Below are positions 49,030 through 62,789 of a DNA stretch of 64,000 bases, piece after piece. Both the position numbers and the translations under genes were made by a program. The notes beneath the pieces were generated by a model. That model was not told where the DNA came from and searched no databases. It was given only the letters and a program-made list of their open reading frames with translations. Position 1 is the stretch's first letter. Each line of letters opens with the position of its first letter. Source of the DNA: Heteronotia binoei (lineage: Eukaryota); NCBI RefSeq assembly GCF_032191835.1, contig NC_083227.1, positions 108,872,001-108,936,000 of the forward strand. The letters run 5' to 3'.

Positions 49030-49434
49030 TAGGGTTGCCAGGTCTGACTCAGGAAATATCTGGGGACTTTGGGGGTGGAGCCAGGAGCAATGTTATGCTG
49101 AAGGGAGTTCTGGCCATCATATTTAAAGGGATCGTGCGCCCTTTAAATGCCTTCCTTCCAGTGGAAATAATGGAGGATGGGGGCACCTTCATTTGGGGCT
49201 CATAGAATTATACCCCTTGGTCCAACCTTTTGGAAACTTGGGGGGTAGGGGTTTGAGTAAAGGCACCAGATGCTATGCTGCAAATTCGGTGCCTCTACCT
49301 CAGAAAAACAGTCCTCCTCAGAACCCCAGGCACCCACAAATCGATTCTCCTTTATACCTTATGGAGGGGCACGGCCTTGGCTACGGGCCTGAACTGGGGG
49401 ATCCCCTGCTCCCAACTGGAGATTGGCAACCCTA
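49030..49434 (+). mobile_element. Non-autonomous hAT, same family, shorter copy
   Basis: Both TIRs present and internal sequence homologous, but no TSD recognisable. Confidence 0.82.
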
Positions 49435-49816
49435 GTCCCAGAGAGGGCAGGGGAGCTGCTTGTTCCTGTTTCTGGGCTGTTTTAAGACAGAGGCCTGGCT
49501 GAGGTTTTATGATGTACATTAGCAATAAATATAATTACACCAGATCTGCTTGGCTGATTGGTCCAGAATTCATCATCTTTGTAATCTGGAGATAAGTTGT
49601 AATTCTGGGAAAACTCTAGGACACTGTTTTCCATTTGCAGGGTCAGCACTTGGTACCGGCCCATGGAAGCCTCACTACCGGGTCACAAGAAAAGCCAAGC
49701 TAGCCCTGCCCCCAGCAAAGCATGACCTCTGCTTCCTTCCTTCCACCGTCTCTCTATTGTGCAGAGAAAAGCTAGCCTTGAAGACTGACGCAGGCTGCAA
49801 AGCCTGAACTCCATTT

Positions 49817-50515
49817 AAGAACATAAGAGAAGCCATGTTAGATCAGGCTAATGGCCCATCCAGTCCAACACTCTGTCACACAGTGGCAAAAAAAATTTAT
49901 ATATATATATATATATACACACACACATATATATATACACACTGTGGCTAATAGCCACTGATGGACCTCTGCTCCATATTTTTATCTAACCCCCTCTTGA
50001 AGCTGGCTATGCTTGTAGCCGCCACCACCTCCTGTGGCAGTGAATTCCACATGTCAATCACCCTTTGGGTGAAGAAGTACTTCCTTTTATCCATTTTAAC
50101 CCGACTGCTCAGCAATTTCATCGAATGCCCATGAGTTCTTGTATTGTGAGAAAGGGAGAAAAGTACTTCTTTCTTTACTTTCTCCATCCCATGCATAATC
50201 TTGTAAACCTCTATCATGTCACCCCGCAGGCGACGTTTCTCCAAGCTAAAGAGCCCCAAGCGTTTTAACCTTTCGTCATAGGGAAAGTGTTCTAACCCTT
50301 TAATCATTCTAGTTGCCCTTTTCTGGACTTTTTCCAATGCTATAATATCCTTTTTGAGGTGCGGTGACCAGAATTGTACACAGTAATCCAAATGAGACTG
50401 CACCATCGATTTATACAGGGGCATTATGATACTGGCTGATTTGTTTTCAATTCCCTTCCTAATAATTCCCAGCATGGCGTTGGCCTTTTTTTATTGCAAT
50501 CGCACACTGTCTTTA
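49817..50515 (-). mobile_element. CR1 LINE 3' fragment (ORF2 C-terminus plus 3' UTR containing a (TA)n(CA)n tract)
   Basis: ORF 49948-50475 contains LYKSMVQSHLDYCVQFWSPHLKKDIIALEKVQKRATRMI and LFSLEKRRLRGD, with a terminal TTCTCTTATGTTCTTA repeat. Confidence 0.95.
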
Positions 50516-50888
50516 CATTTGGCTTCCTTCCCCTGTCTCTGTGTTGTGCAGAGAGGAGCTGGGCTGCCTCTCCTTCCTTCTTCCCCTCTCCTGTTTGAGA
50601 TAAAAGCTGGCATCCACGGGCACTTTAGATCCATAAAGTGGTCATCAAGGTATGAGCTTTCATGTGCCTTGCAGTATGTTCTTTTGGGGAGATTTCCCCG
50701 GGAGGCCTGGGCGGCAAAGAAGGGGTGTGTTTTTTTTCAGCCAGGAGGGGCGGGAAGTGGGCATTCCAGTAGCTATTTTTTTTTTAACCAAATGACCCCT
50801 GGGCAGAATTGTTGCTGGCTGGAGTAATCTGATGGTGAGTAAGGCTTTTTTCCCCTTTATCCCCCCTTCTTTCTTTTTCCCTCTGCAC

Positions 50889-51068
50889 GGGATGCTCTGC
50901 CTGTATTCTTGGTGCTGGGGGTGGGGGGACGCAACAGTGGGACGGCTTCTAGTGCCCTGGCCCCATAGGTGGACATTCTGGTGCTTTTTGGGCATCGTAT
51001 GAGAGAATTTTGGACTGGATGGTCCACTGGTTGGATCCAACATGGCTTCTCTTATATTCTTATGTTCT
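50889..51068 (+). mobile_element. CR1 3' UTR fragment
   Basis: ttggactggatggtccactggttggatccaacatggcttctcttatattcttatgttct. Confidence 0.8.
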
Positions 51069-51819
51069 TTCTTTCCATGTCTGTCTTTTCCTTTCCTTCC
51101 ATTTCATTCTTTCCCTTTCTTTCCTTCCATTTTTACTGGATGAAACTTTTCTGTTCATCATACTGTTGTTGCAGACATAGCAGCTCTGTCAATGAAAAAC
51201 TGGCACCCTCAGTGCCCTGGAAGTGATATCACTTGGCCCTTGATCTGAAAGTGACACCACAGGAAATGACATAATTCCTGTCTCCCAGCTCCACCCCCAA
51301 AGTCTCCTGGCTCCACCCCTGAATTTTAGTGAGCCATGAAGGAGAAGTGTAAAAATAACCGGGGCACAGGAAAGAAAAGTTTGGGAAACCCTGCTCTAGG
51401 AGATTAGTAAGCATAGGATAGAGACATGAAGAAAAAATTTAAAAGCCCTCTCTGAATACAGAAGTCAGCAGTTAATCTGATCTTTTAAAGCAAAACAGAT
51501 CCCATAATGTTATTCACACACTGCCATTCTGATTTTTCTGGGCCTCAAGCACTGGGTCATATAGCATCACCTTGGTTTCTGCTTCCTGATTTCCCATGCA
51601 CATTCACCCCCTCTTCAAGAAACACACCCTCTTCGGAAACAACTGGTGCTTGTGCAGGGGGACTACCTTTACCCTTTTCACTTTGCAGAAGAGACACATA
51701 GACTCCATTTACCTTTGTTACCTCAGTGTAGATAGGCGGTGGTTTTGTTTCCTTTTATGCAAAATTTAGAATGACAGCACTTTTCTGTCAGATCAGGGTA
51801 TATATATACATTAAGAGCA

Positions 51820-52450
51820 GTGCTCCTGCAAAAGTTCTCTGAAAGCTCTTCGCCGCCCGCCCCCAGCATACCAAACCTCTAAGCGGAAACTTCCTGGCCA
51901 CTAGGCGGCGGTGTAGCGTTCGGGAGAGGACTCTGAGCACCTTTCCTTTCTTCCCTCTCTTTAATGTGCCTGCGGAGGGGGGTAAGCTTGTAATGCGCTC
52001 AAACCAAGGCAGCTGCGAAAGTGGAGTGACTTGCTGGAGGTCCTTGCAGTTTGGCAGCATGTTGGTATCTCTCGGACTCTTCCTCTCCCACCTCCCCCCG
52101 ACCCTCTTGGTTTTGCGTTACTGATGTGTCTGGATGAGAGATTGTTTAAGGGGTACTCCCGATTAAAGCAGCCACCAGCAGAAGTCAGGATTCCTGATGT
52201 GGTATTCTCGGAGCGGGGCGGGGGGAGAGCTATGTTCCTCCACGCTGTAGAGAGAGCTGGAGACCGTCTCCATAAAAGGATGTGGTCTTGAGTGAAAAGG
52301 GAGGAGCTTCTGCGGATAGTAGAGAGAAGATGGGAAAACCTCCAAGGGATCTCGAGAAGCGGGATCGATTGCAAAAATCGCTCCTCCCGGGTGTTGTACA
52401 AATGAATAGCATCACTAGGCTGGGGGCAGCAATAATATATTCCGTGAAGT
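51820..52450 (+). promoter_or_regulatory. CpG island promoter of a gene whose coding exons are not in the window
   Basis: GC boxes (cgccgcccgccccc, 51851-51864), back-to-back ETS cores gcggaaacttcctg (51883-51896), donor GGG|GTAAGC at 51981/51982. Confidence 0.55.
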
Positions 52451-55400
52451 GTAGGACAGATTTGGTATTTCCCCTAGTGCAGTGGTGGGTGGAGAGGAAA
52501 AATCTGAAATTTCTATAGATTAGTGGTAGACGACAAGTTTCAGCTGTATTACAAATGCTTTGCTGCCCTCTTGAGACCTTTCCTGGAAAGACTTTTTGCT
52601 CCCTTAATAAAATGCAAGTCCTGTGGCACTGTAAAAACTATCATTAATTTTATCATGCGTTTCAGAGAAAACGCTCATTTTGAAATAAATGGCCATCTTT
52701 AAAGCGCCACAGGGCATCTGTTTTATTTTGCCACAATAGACTAAAGTGGCTACCCCCCCCCCGCAGTTTTTGCTCTCTTGCTGAGTTATGTTTGTAGACA
52801 AGTGCTGAACTACTCCTGGCCTTGAGCATACACACCATTGAGGAATAAGGTAATGACATCCAGAGGCAGCAGTTGTGACAGAAACAACAAAGGGCTTTGT
52901 GATACCTTCAAGGTATTATGAAAGAAAGTTTTGTGAACTGCAGCCCACTTCAGCTGAAATATTTAATTTGTAAAAGTCATACTAAGTCTGTTTCTAAGGT
53001 GTTCTTAGAATTGTTCTTTGAGAAATATGGGCCACATTGCAGCAGCTATGTTACATGCATGCTGAGAATGCTGGGAAATGCTGGTGACTTCTCTTTCTGA
53101 AGATGACTGCCATTACCTACAGGAAAAGGGGAAACACTTCACTGAATTGCATAGCAGTTCAGTTTAACTGCTGTTTTAGGAGTGATCTAGTGGAAAAGGA
53201 GCCAGTTAATGGAAACACAGCAGGAGTGTCAGCTTCTTGGGGGGTGGGGGGGGAGAGAAGGAATAGAATGTAGCAGTTTAAAATATCCGCTTTAATTTGG
53301 GCCACAGATTATATCCATTTAAAGGGCATCCTCATGGAACTGAAGTAGAATATTCCAGCAAGCAGACATGGAAGTGTGCAATTGTTGTGCCCCATGCCTT
53401 CTTCCCTTGTCTCAGGAACTGCTTGCTGCTTTGAGGAACAGCTGGTGAGCAAATTAGGCAACTTTTAAATCTAGTCTTCAAATCTGTATGTTGGGTCGCT
53501 AAAGAGATGGATTGTGTGGCAGAACCATTAGCATCCTTTGGGAAAGAGAACCAGGAAGAAAAAGAGAGGGATGCCGTGCACTGGCAAGTTATGGGGCCAT
53601 ATCTAGCATCCTTGAATGGGAAGGAAGGGAGTGTTAGTGTGGGCCTTCACCAGTCTTTGCTTTTCAGGAATGTTTCCTTCCCTTCCCTAGCAAGGATTCT
53701 GTTTCCTTGTCAAAGCAGTGCACATTCACACAGGTTTGTATGTATTTTCCTCCAGCAGCTGCCATGTTCCTTGTATCCCCCCTCTCCCCCCTTGCCTCTG
53801 GAAAGCTTTTGAGGGCTTAAAACTGCAGTAGAACAGCTAAATTCAAGTCCAGTAGCACCTTAGAGATAGATTTGATGCAGGGAGTTTTGACTTTTGAAAG
53901 CTTATACCCCAAGAGTCCTGTTGGTCTCTAAGGTACTGCTGGACTTGTATCTAGCAAAAAAAAAAAATAGTAATTACTATTGTGCTTTAGTGCAGTAATA
54001 TTAAAGCAGTCTGCAACTATGATCTACTAGTCCCTTCAAATTCCTAGCTTTTATTTTGATAAAAGTAAGTCTTTAGCCTTTTTGTTGCAGAGACATAATG
54101 GGAAGTACACACTTTCGCCTTTATAATTCTGCAATTAAAAAACCTATAGATTTACTGTTTTTAATGGAAGCTGGGAATTCAGATGAACCAGTAGATCATT
54201 GCAATAAATTATTGTAATTTGATTGTACTATAGTGAAATAGCAGTCACCAGTTGCTATTTCTTTAGAAGCTCTCAGGTAGTACCTGGGGAAAATGGTGGC
54301 CACAAAGGAAAATTTGCACCTTTTTGTCCAACCAGCTTGCTAATGCACTTGGACCAAGTTCTGGTTGTACCAAATCACATTTTTAAAAGGGTATACTGAG
54401 AACAAAGAAAGCTTGTAAAATGAATTAATAGAGGACAACATTATATAGATGCTCCAATAAACAGTGATCTTTGGAAGCCAAGACAGAGGAAAAACCTCCA
54501 TGTAGATGCAGCTCTTGTGTTGTGTGGTTAAGGCAGGTGGCATTTTAGTTGAATTTCTGAGATCTCATCTGCAATTTAATTTTCTCTTTACTGGGTATCC
54601 TAATCATGTACACTTCTGAGGCTGTACATCTGCACACTCTAAGCCCCTCATTAAGCTTAACTGGTGACAATGGGGTATACATTTTAAAAAGTAAAATTAA
54701 TATAACTAGGCTAAGCATGTATTTGGGAGGGATGTGAGAAACATTGTGGTAACCATTCCTCAGAGTGGTGCTATTCAGAGAACTGACCTTTGGCTCTGCC
54801 CTCTCTGTGACTGAAAACACTTCAGTAGGGTTTCCCTGGGTGATAATAATTATAGCTCAGATCTATCAAACATCTCCTCTCTTGGGTGTAGACAGTGGTT
54901 TGCTCAGTTTGGCTTGTATACTAAATATCTTCTGAAGAAGAGGGCCTTTCTTCCAGAAACCACTGGAAAACCGTCCACACGTGGTTGCAAATTTGTTGGC
55001 TGGCTGATCCTGATGTTTCTAAAGGGAGCCTCTTGAGGGAAGAGCTCAGCTGTGCAGAAGGGCGTGCAGCAGGTGCAAAAACCCAAGACTTGACCTGCAT
55101 TACTATTCCTTGACTCTCTAGTGCATTGAGTGTTAGACATATGAAATGCTACCCAGTCATAACTGTGGAAGAAAAAAAGTGCCATGCTAGGCCTAGTTAC
55201 ACCCTTCTATGTCTATTGAAGTTAATTTCCTCAGAAGGATGTAACTCTGTTTTGGTAGACACTGGAAATGTGAGAGATCTGAGTAATCAGTGGTCCAGGA
55301 TAATCATGTGGTTTTGGACACAAGGGATATATCAGAGAGTGTTACAGGTGAGACAAAAGGGCACTAACAGAAGGCGATATGGCAACATATGTGTTGAAGT

Positions 55401-57849
55401 GGCACCACCTGCTAAGAGGTTTCTTACTCCCTGCCTCAATAATAAGTAGCATACATGTAGACATAAATACTTTTCAAAGGGATAGTGAATGTGTGCTAAT
55501 AGAGGGAGTTAGATGGAAGGAAAATTTCCCCTTGTTAAGACTGCCCGCCATAATAAACATTCACTAGCCCCATCGAAAACAATGGAATAGGACTTAACTT
55601 GTCTCATCAAGGCACAGTCACAATTCACTTTTGATGGGCTGTGTTTCTCACATGATGATGAGTAAATAGCAATCACAGCTATTTAAGCCCCTCTTTATAT
55701 AAATACTTTCTGTGTTCATAGCAGGAATGTGTTTCTGTGTTATACTGATCCTGGTTCTACCTGAGAAGGCAGAGTTGGAAGGAACAGAGCCAAACTGGTA
55801 TTTTTAATTTCTGACTAAGAAAAGCTGTGTTGGGCACATAATGGTGGCAAGAAACACACCATTATTACCTATTGATGGGCAATCCACCCCAATCTGGCCT
55901 CCACTTTCCATGTATCTTGAGCTTTTGCCAAGGAATGGTTGCTGGTGACAGGTGTGTCCCCACATTACCTGTGAGAGGTCAGGGTTCCCCCCCTTCCATC
56001 TGTTCTACTGTGTGTTGATACTGAGAGGCAGCATAGCCACTGGCAGTACCAGAAGAACAAGCCTCTGTGCTCTAAGACCTCATAAACAACAGCTTTCCTG
56101 AGCTGGCTGGAGAGCCTGTCAGGATGTACATCCTGGTTCTATCTACTGGATAGAACACCATCCCAGTGTCTTGGTCCCTATTTAGAATGGACAATGGCCA
56201 CACCCTTTGGATGTGCATATTTGTCTACTGCTAATACAGTGCCCTTTTATATTCATATGACTGCTGGAGAATAACAATTTGGGAGCAGGTCTCTAAGATA
56301 TTAGGGTACATGCATGTTCAAAGTGAGGAGTCAAGAAGGAATAGAAGATTGTGTTTTAACCCAATTGGGTATGACAGGCCTTTAGCGTAGGTGGCTTTGT
56401 TTTGTTCCGTGACTAACATGGGATGGATGTCTCAGGGAGGAGTTAAGAAACAGAAAAGCAGTCATTCTGGCTCACCTGCCTTCTCTGTCCTGCTTCCTGG
56501 GCTATTTCAACCTTGGTAGAGAACTGGAATCAAGCCATTTCTCTCTAGAGGAGTGACTGGAAGCTTTGCTGCTTGCACCTGTCCTTTGACTTGCAAGTTG
56601 TAGAGGTTCAGGGCATCTGTCTTAGTAAAGAGCCCTGTAGGCAGTCTGTTGCTGTAGGGAAGGGAGCCAGCCTTTGACTGGTGTCAGGACTGGGCTCTTC
56701 AGCCCTAGTTTACATTCCAGGGCCTGGGTTTTTCCCATATTCAAACAAACACACGGGGCACTCTTTAAAAGAAGAAATGAACTGCAGGAGCATGTACAGC
56801 TTCCTGTCGTGTTCTTGTGAAAGCAGCTTGGCATTTTCTCTGAGGTTCTTCTTGTAAGCAGAAGCCCTCCAAGAAGGGAAGCGACATTGCTGGCTGCTCC
56901 CATTCACTGCAGGTATTTGATATTTCTGTCATCCACAGGGGGTCTTACAGAGGGATCTTGCAGGAAATGCAAATGTCTTCTCTACCTTTAGGACAGTTTA
57001 CTTGGACAACAAAACTGGGAAGCAAGGGAGATGAGAAATGGGCCAGGTGGATCTGGATGCCTCTCCGGGGATTTGAAATTTGGAACTTGCCTTGATTCAT
57101 GTGGTGTGAGATTGATCTGAGAGGAATGGGTAGCAATTGAACAAGGAAGGATCTTTTCATGCCACTGTTGTTCTAGTGGAGGAGGTGTGGTCAAATGGAG
57201 ATTCTTCTTTTCGCCTTCTTTGGGATCTGTAGAGTGTGTGTGTGTGTATAGAGCAAAGAGAATCCTATTGATGAGTTGCTACACATGTTTGCTGCTAGGC
57301 AGCAGGATGGTTGGGAGTAAGTGTATGAGGGTTTTTTTTTAATATTCGTTAATTGGATGAGTATGTTTTGAGTTGGTTGTGATCACATTGTCAGGTTATG
57401 ACCAGAGGCAGGATCCATGAGATCTCATCAGGTAGGCATCTGAGTCTGGAATAGTTAGTTAAATATTGTGAGGATAGTTGTTTTTTTTCCGGGGGGCGGG
57501 GGGGTGTCTGAACCTGTGCCTTTGTCGCATTACCTGGAATTCCATGAATAGTTAGCAGTGCGCTATTCATCTTTTTTTTCCTGAGGCTGTTTTCTGTTGT
57601 CCTACTTGCCACTTGAAAGCTTTTTCAAGAGTCTGTGCGTGACATGGCAGATGCCATTCATGTGTGATTCATTCCCCCTCCAATAAAATTTTGTATTGTG
57701 CAGACAAGGTAGGGTATATACTTCTGGGCACAATTCATGGTGCAGCTATGTCCTGTTCATTTCACTGGGGCTCGTGCCTGGGGCCTTTCATGTGCGTGTC
57801 CTTGAATGTATAATGTTAAGCACTTTGTGTGTGTGAGTGTAAAACATTG

Positions 57850-58040
57850 TCATGTCGCAGACAATTTACAGCAAGCCTGTAGAGTTTCCAAGGCGAGGCG
57901 AGCAGAGGTAGTTGGTCATTGCCTTCCTCTACATAGCAACCCTGGACTACCTTGGTGGTTTCCCATCCAAATACTAACCAGGTCTTACTCTGCTTAGCTT
58001 CTGAGATCTGATGAAATTGGGCTAGCCTATGCAATGCAGG
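57850..58040 (-). mobile_element. 5S rRNA-derived SINE (SINE3 type), not a functional 5S gene
   Basis: cccatccaaatactaaccagg...ctgcttagcttctgagatctgatgaaattgggc is the reverse complement of the 5S internal region with many mismatches, joined to an RTE-like tail. A weaker copy lies at about 62905-63060. Confidence 0.75.
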
Positions 58041-60847
58041 TCAGTGTAATAAGCACTTTACATAAGTGTTTTTAAACCAGGCTTTAAATAAATCTTTGAT
58101 CAAATAAGAAACCTACATCGGTGAGAACAATCTCAGCCTCTGTGCTGCTTTCTGCCTTGTTTTAATTTTCACTTATGGTACAAACAGCTCAAGGCAGGCT
58201 TAAAAGTGATGTTGGGTATCTGTTGCTACAGTTCTATTATCCTGATAAATGGTTCTGTTTTAAGAGAATAAACTGAACTGATAAATTCAGAACTGGTCAC
58301 CTCTACCATGAACTGTCTTGGTAGCCTTATTCAAACCATTATTTGCAGTTTCCCTCCCCTCCCCCCGTCAGTTTTGGGATAATAAAATTAGTCTACTTTT
58401 TAGGGTTGGATTACTGCAAATTATATAGTACTGAGTATGAATAGCTGGCATTCATCAAAGGAAACAGAAATATTTTGTGAGGTTGGAATTATTGGTCCAA
58501 GAGTTTATTCCTTAGGAATGACACCATTTTCTGAAAAGATGTACATTAATTGCTATTGAGGGGTATATCTGATCTGGGGTGTAGACCTTGCTGCCTCCAG
58601 TCTAGACTGACAAGGGAGCATGACAGGTGCTGTGCTGCTGTCAACCTTTATTGTGATAACTTTGTATTGACACTTCCTTCCACAAACGTGTGGCTTTTCC
58701 TGCAACAGCAGACTGTTAGGGATTTTGACTGGGTGCACAGTGTTTCAGAGAAGCCATAGTGCTGGCTGTGTTGTGTAAGGTTGGCAGGGTGGACAGTTTC
58801 AGAAATGGATTGTACCATGCGTCATTCCTATAGGTAGATACGAGCAGGCGTTGCTGTGGTTGTGTGCAGAAATAGCCCAGTGCTGTAAATATAACACCCT
58901 TCGTGTTCAGCACTGGAGTGATGCAAGGGTGATGGAACTCACCCTACAGCATTGGGCCCTGAGGTAATTAAGCCCCCAGACCAATGTCTGTGCTGTGAGA
59001 AATTCCTCAACTCGTCAAGCCCATATTGGAGGAAGTGGTCTATTCTTTCATATTCTGAACACTGTGACTGAATTTGCACCACAGGCTAGAAGTTACAGCT
59101 CGTTAGAGGAAGTTGAGGAACTCTGAGAAGAAGAATCTCATTGCCATGTCTTGGGTGGTGCTGGGATACATGGTGTTTTTTTTGGGGGGGGGCTAAGGGT
59201 GGAGAGATGGAGACAAACAAGAATGACAAGGAAGAGGGGGTTCTTCTGTCTCTCCTCCAATATTCTTCCTAACTTTCTGAACAGTAGGGAGAAAGGCTTC
59301 CTTAAGCATGGTGATACATGTTCCCTCCTTGTGAATGTTTGGCTCTGCTGAGATCAGGATCGGACCGCTTTCCTTGTATTCACTAAAATGCCTTCAGCAA
59401 AGGGTGGTGCTATTAACTTCTTTGTCCAGCTTTTTTTTTTTTTTTTGCTTATGTGAGCATCCTAGCAAAGGAATAAAATTAGTCTACCTTCCAGGAAATC
59501 TTCTGAGTAAAAGACCATTAAGAAGATGCAAATTTCCCTTTCTCTACCTGCTCTTTTGAAAAGAATGCAAAGGGAGGGGTAGTCAGAAGGTGTGTATTAA
59601 AGTAGGAGGGGAAGTGTCAGAGGATGGATCTGTGAAGGGCTTGAAGAAGAATAGCAAGAATACAGTATTCATTACAGAAGAAAGCAGCAGCCGCCTAGGT
59701 TGGTGAAGCATGTGTGGAGGACAGCAATAGGATTATGTTCACAAGGGAGGTCTTTCTCCTTCTGTTACTTGTACATGTGACTGTTGCTCTCACCCAGAAA
59801 TTCATTGACTGTACAGAGAGAGGTAGGAGTGATGACTGGACTTGTTGGTGTCATTTTGGACCTTTCAAAGCCCTCAGCTCAGATTGTGTCATCAACAAAC
59901 AGCTTGGGAGTCAGGAGGATAGAATGTAATTATTGTAACATGAGAATTCACCCTGTGGCCTAATTGTTACAAATGTTTGTGGCTCAATCTGTGACACCCA
60001 TTCCTGGGAGATCAGTGAGGAAATGGTTTCTGATGAGTAGCCATGTTAAGTCTGTGGAAGAACAAAACTTGAGTTCAGTAGCAGCTTAAACACTAACATA
60101 GTTTTCTGGGCAATAAGCTTTCATGAGTCAGTGTTCACTTGATCAGCTCTTGAGGAAGTGGTGAATTTTGATCGAGAGTTATGTTGAAATAATAATCCCA
60201 TGACCACTTCTCTGTTCTGTGTGTGCAGCCACTGATACACCTTCTCTCACTCTGCCTCACACACACAAAATGTTCTTTAAGTTGGCCACAGATGTCAACT
60301 GCATGGGTGGCAAATAATGTGTATTTCTTTATGCTTGTGAGCAAAATTCTGCAGATTTTCTGCTGTGAGCTACCTCTCACAGTTTTGCCATGCTGTTGAT
60401 TAATACACATTCCAATCAGGGGCGTAGACTTTTCAATTTCCTGGAGAGGGGGGGCTGGGGCCCAGCCAGAGACATTTGATCCAGTGACATCGTAAGGAGG
60501 AGCCAGTGACATCACAGGGAGGGGCCTCCATTATCGCTACCTTTGAATTTATGGAGAAGCTCCCTCCCCATAAATTTAGGGAGCACCCCTCCCAAACAAT
60601 CCCCATGGACCAGGCCAAACCCAGAAAAAGGTGGGAGTTGGCCAGTGGTTATAGTGGTATCTCAGAGGTCTCTTGCTGTGTCCTGTTTTTGAAATTCACT
60701 TTTAGAATAGGCACTTTAAGATCTGCAAATATACATATCATGTGCATAGGACAAATTATTGGTCACAAATTTGACAGTAAAAGGCAATACAGAAAAACTT
60801 TAGGGGTACATTTCCCTTCCCCCTGCTGTTTTCTGATGACCCTGAAG

Positions 60848-61064
60848 CACAATCTCCTTTACCTTCCCCCCGTCCCCCAACAGAACCCTGTGAGGTAGGT
60901 TGGGCTAAGAGAGCTCTTACAGCAGCTGCCCTTTCAGGGACAACTCCTACAAAAGTGATGATTGACCTAAGGCCATTCCAGCAGCTGCAAGTGGAGGACT
61001 GGGGAATCAAACCCGGTTCTCCCAGATAAGAGTCCAGGCACTTAACTACTGCACCAAACTGGTT
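60848..61064 (-). mobile_element. Squam3-like SINE, 3'-truncated; paralogue of the 814-1032 copy
   Basis: Shares private variants with the 814 copy (gtgcagtagttaag; gtcaatcatcacttttgtaggag). Confidence 0.85.
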
Positions 61065-61073
61065 GTCACCAAC

Positions 61074-62129
61074 AGGCTTGGGTGTCACCAGTATGCAGAT
61101 GACACCCAGCTCTATCTGCTAATGGACGGCTGACCTGGCTGCGCCCCAGAGAACTTGGACCTGGCACTGCAGGCCGTGGCAACTTGGTTAAGGCTGAGTG
61201 GGCTGAAACTGAATCCGGCGAAGACAGAGGTCCTTTGCTTAGGTCGGGGCGCTCTGGGAGGGGAAATACCTCTCCCGGTCTTTGACGGGGCGCCACTGAA
61301 AGCGGCGCGCCGGGTCAGAAGCCTGGGAGTTCTACTGGAGCCTTCATTATTAATGGAAGCCCAGATAGCAGCCGCTGCCAAGTCAGCCTTTTTTCATCTG
61401 AGGTGGGCAAGGCAGTTGGCTTCCTTCCTAGAGCGTCGGGACCTGGCAACAGTGATTCACGCAATGGTCACCTCGAGACTGGATTACTGTAATGCCTTTG
61501 TGCCGAACCTGGAAACTGCAGCTAGGGGCTGAACACGGCTGCCAGACTGTTGCTGGGGCTCCCAAAGCGGGAGCACATACAGCCGGGGCTGCATGAACTG
61601 CACTGGCTACCAGTTATATACTGGATTTGTTACAAAGTGCTGGTTATTACCTTTAAAGCCCTATATGGCCGAGGACCTGCCTACCTTAGGGACCGTCTCT
61701 CCCCGTATGAACCCCAGAGAGCACTGAGGTCAGCAGGGAAGAACCTGCTGACTATCCCCGGGCCAAAGGAGGTAAGACTCCAGAGTACCCGTACTCGGGC
61801 TTTCCCTGTTATGGCCCCACAGCTGTGGACTCAGCTCCCAGAAGAAATGCGGGCCCTGCGGGACTTTGAACAGTTCCGCAGGGCCTGCAAAACCATCTTG
61901 TTCCAAACGGCCTTCACCAGCTGAAACTACTAAACTACCAAGTAAACTTGCCAGCGATTATAGCACTAAATGTACTAATGTTTTTTAGAATTTTAATGGA
62001 TTTTAATTAATTGTAGTTAAATGTTATTTATTGTATAATGTATGTATTGAGGTTTTTTTGCTGTTAGCCGCCCTGAGCCGCTTGGTCGGGGAGGGCAGGA
62101 TACAAATAAAATGTGACTGACTGACTGAC
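61074..62129 (+). mobile_element. 5'-truncated L2 LINE (YADD motif to 3' tail)
   Basis: HQYADDTQLY at about 61093, LKLNPAKTEVL, SRLDYCN, LHWLPV, and tail gccgccctgagcc...aaataaa(GACT)n. Absent from the paralogous copy at about 805-815. Confidence 0.9.
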
Positions 62130-62573
62130 TATATGTTGGGTTCAGTATATGCTACAGTTTACAGCTGCTGCTGATACTGGGGCTTGACACCTAAATCATT
62201 CAATTTTCACTTATACTCAGAAATCAGACTTTCATTTCATTTAATTTTATGTATTCAACATATCCTGCCCTACCCAGAAAATGGGCTCAGGATGGCTCGC
62301 ATCATAAAACCAACAACACTAAAACAGTAAATAAGATCATTGATTAATATAAAAAAAAGGCTCATGTCCGATAAAATAAGTGTATGTGCAATCTAAATGA
62401 AACAGTGTACATGCATACAAAAGCTGATGCTAAGAATAAAACTTGGTTGGTTCTTAAAGGTGCCACTGGCCTCAAATTTTATTCTTAAAGGCCTCTGATC
62501 TTCATGACCACACTCAGTCTCACTTTCCCCCCAAATGTAAATTGGAACCAAGCAAGTATTTTGAATCCACCAA

Positions 62574-62789
62574 CAGTGTTCCCTCTAAGCTGCAGAGTCT
62601 TGTGAGCAAAAACTCTACTTTGTGAGCTACTGGCATTAAAGTTGTGAGCTACTTGCATTAAAATTGTGAGCTACTGCATAAATTATTGTGCTCTTGGGCC
62701 ATTTTTACTGAGCTAAGACAAAAATGTGTGAGCTGGAGGCTAATAATCTGTGAGCTAGCTCACGCTAACTCAGCTTAGAGGGAACACTG
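62574..62789. mobile_element. hAT MITE, 216 bp
   Basis: Perfect 19-bp TIR CAGTGTTCCCTCTAAGCTG and 8-bp TSD TCCACCAA (62566-62573, 62790-62797). The empty site is visible in the paralogous copy at about 374-381. Confidence 0.95.

Noticed and set aside
48275-49205. Overlapping ORFs of 188 and 225 aa
   Set aside because: No domain similarity. The second runs into a hAT MITE, and no splice structure supports either.
52031-52291. 86-aa ORF in the third CpG island as NAA80
   Set aside because: No GNAT acetyl-CoA-binding motif or other NAA80 similarity, and it starts at a non-ATG codon.
57950-58030. 5S rRNA gene
   Set aside because: Partial, many substitutions, and fused to a retroposon tail; it is a SINE3 head.
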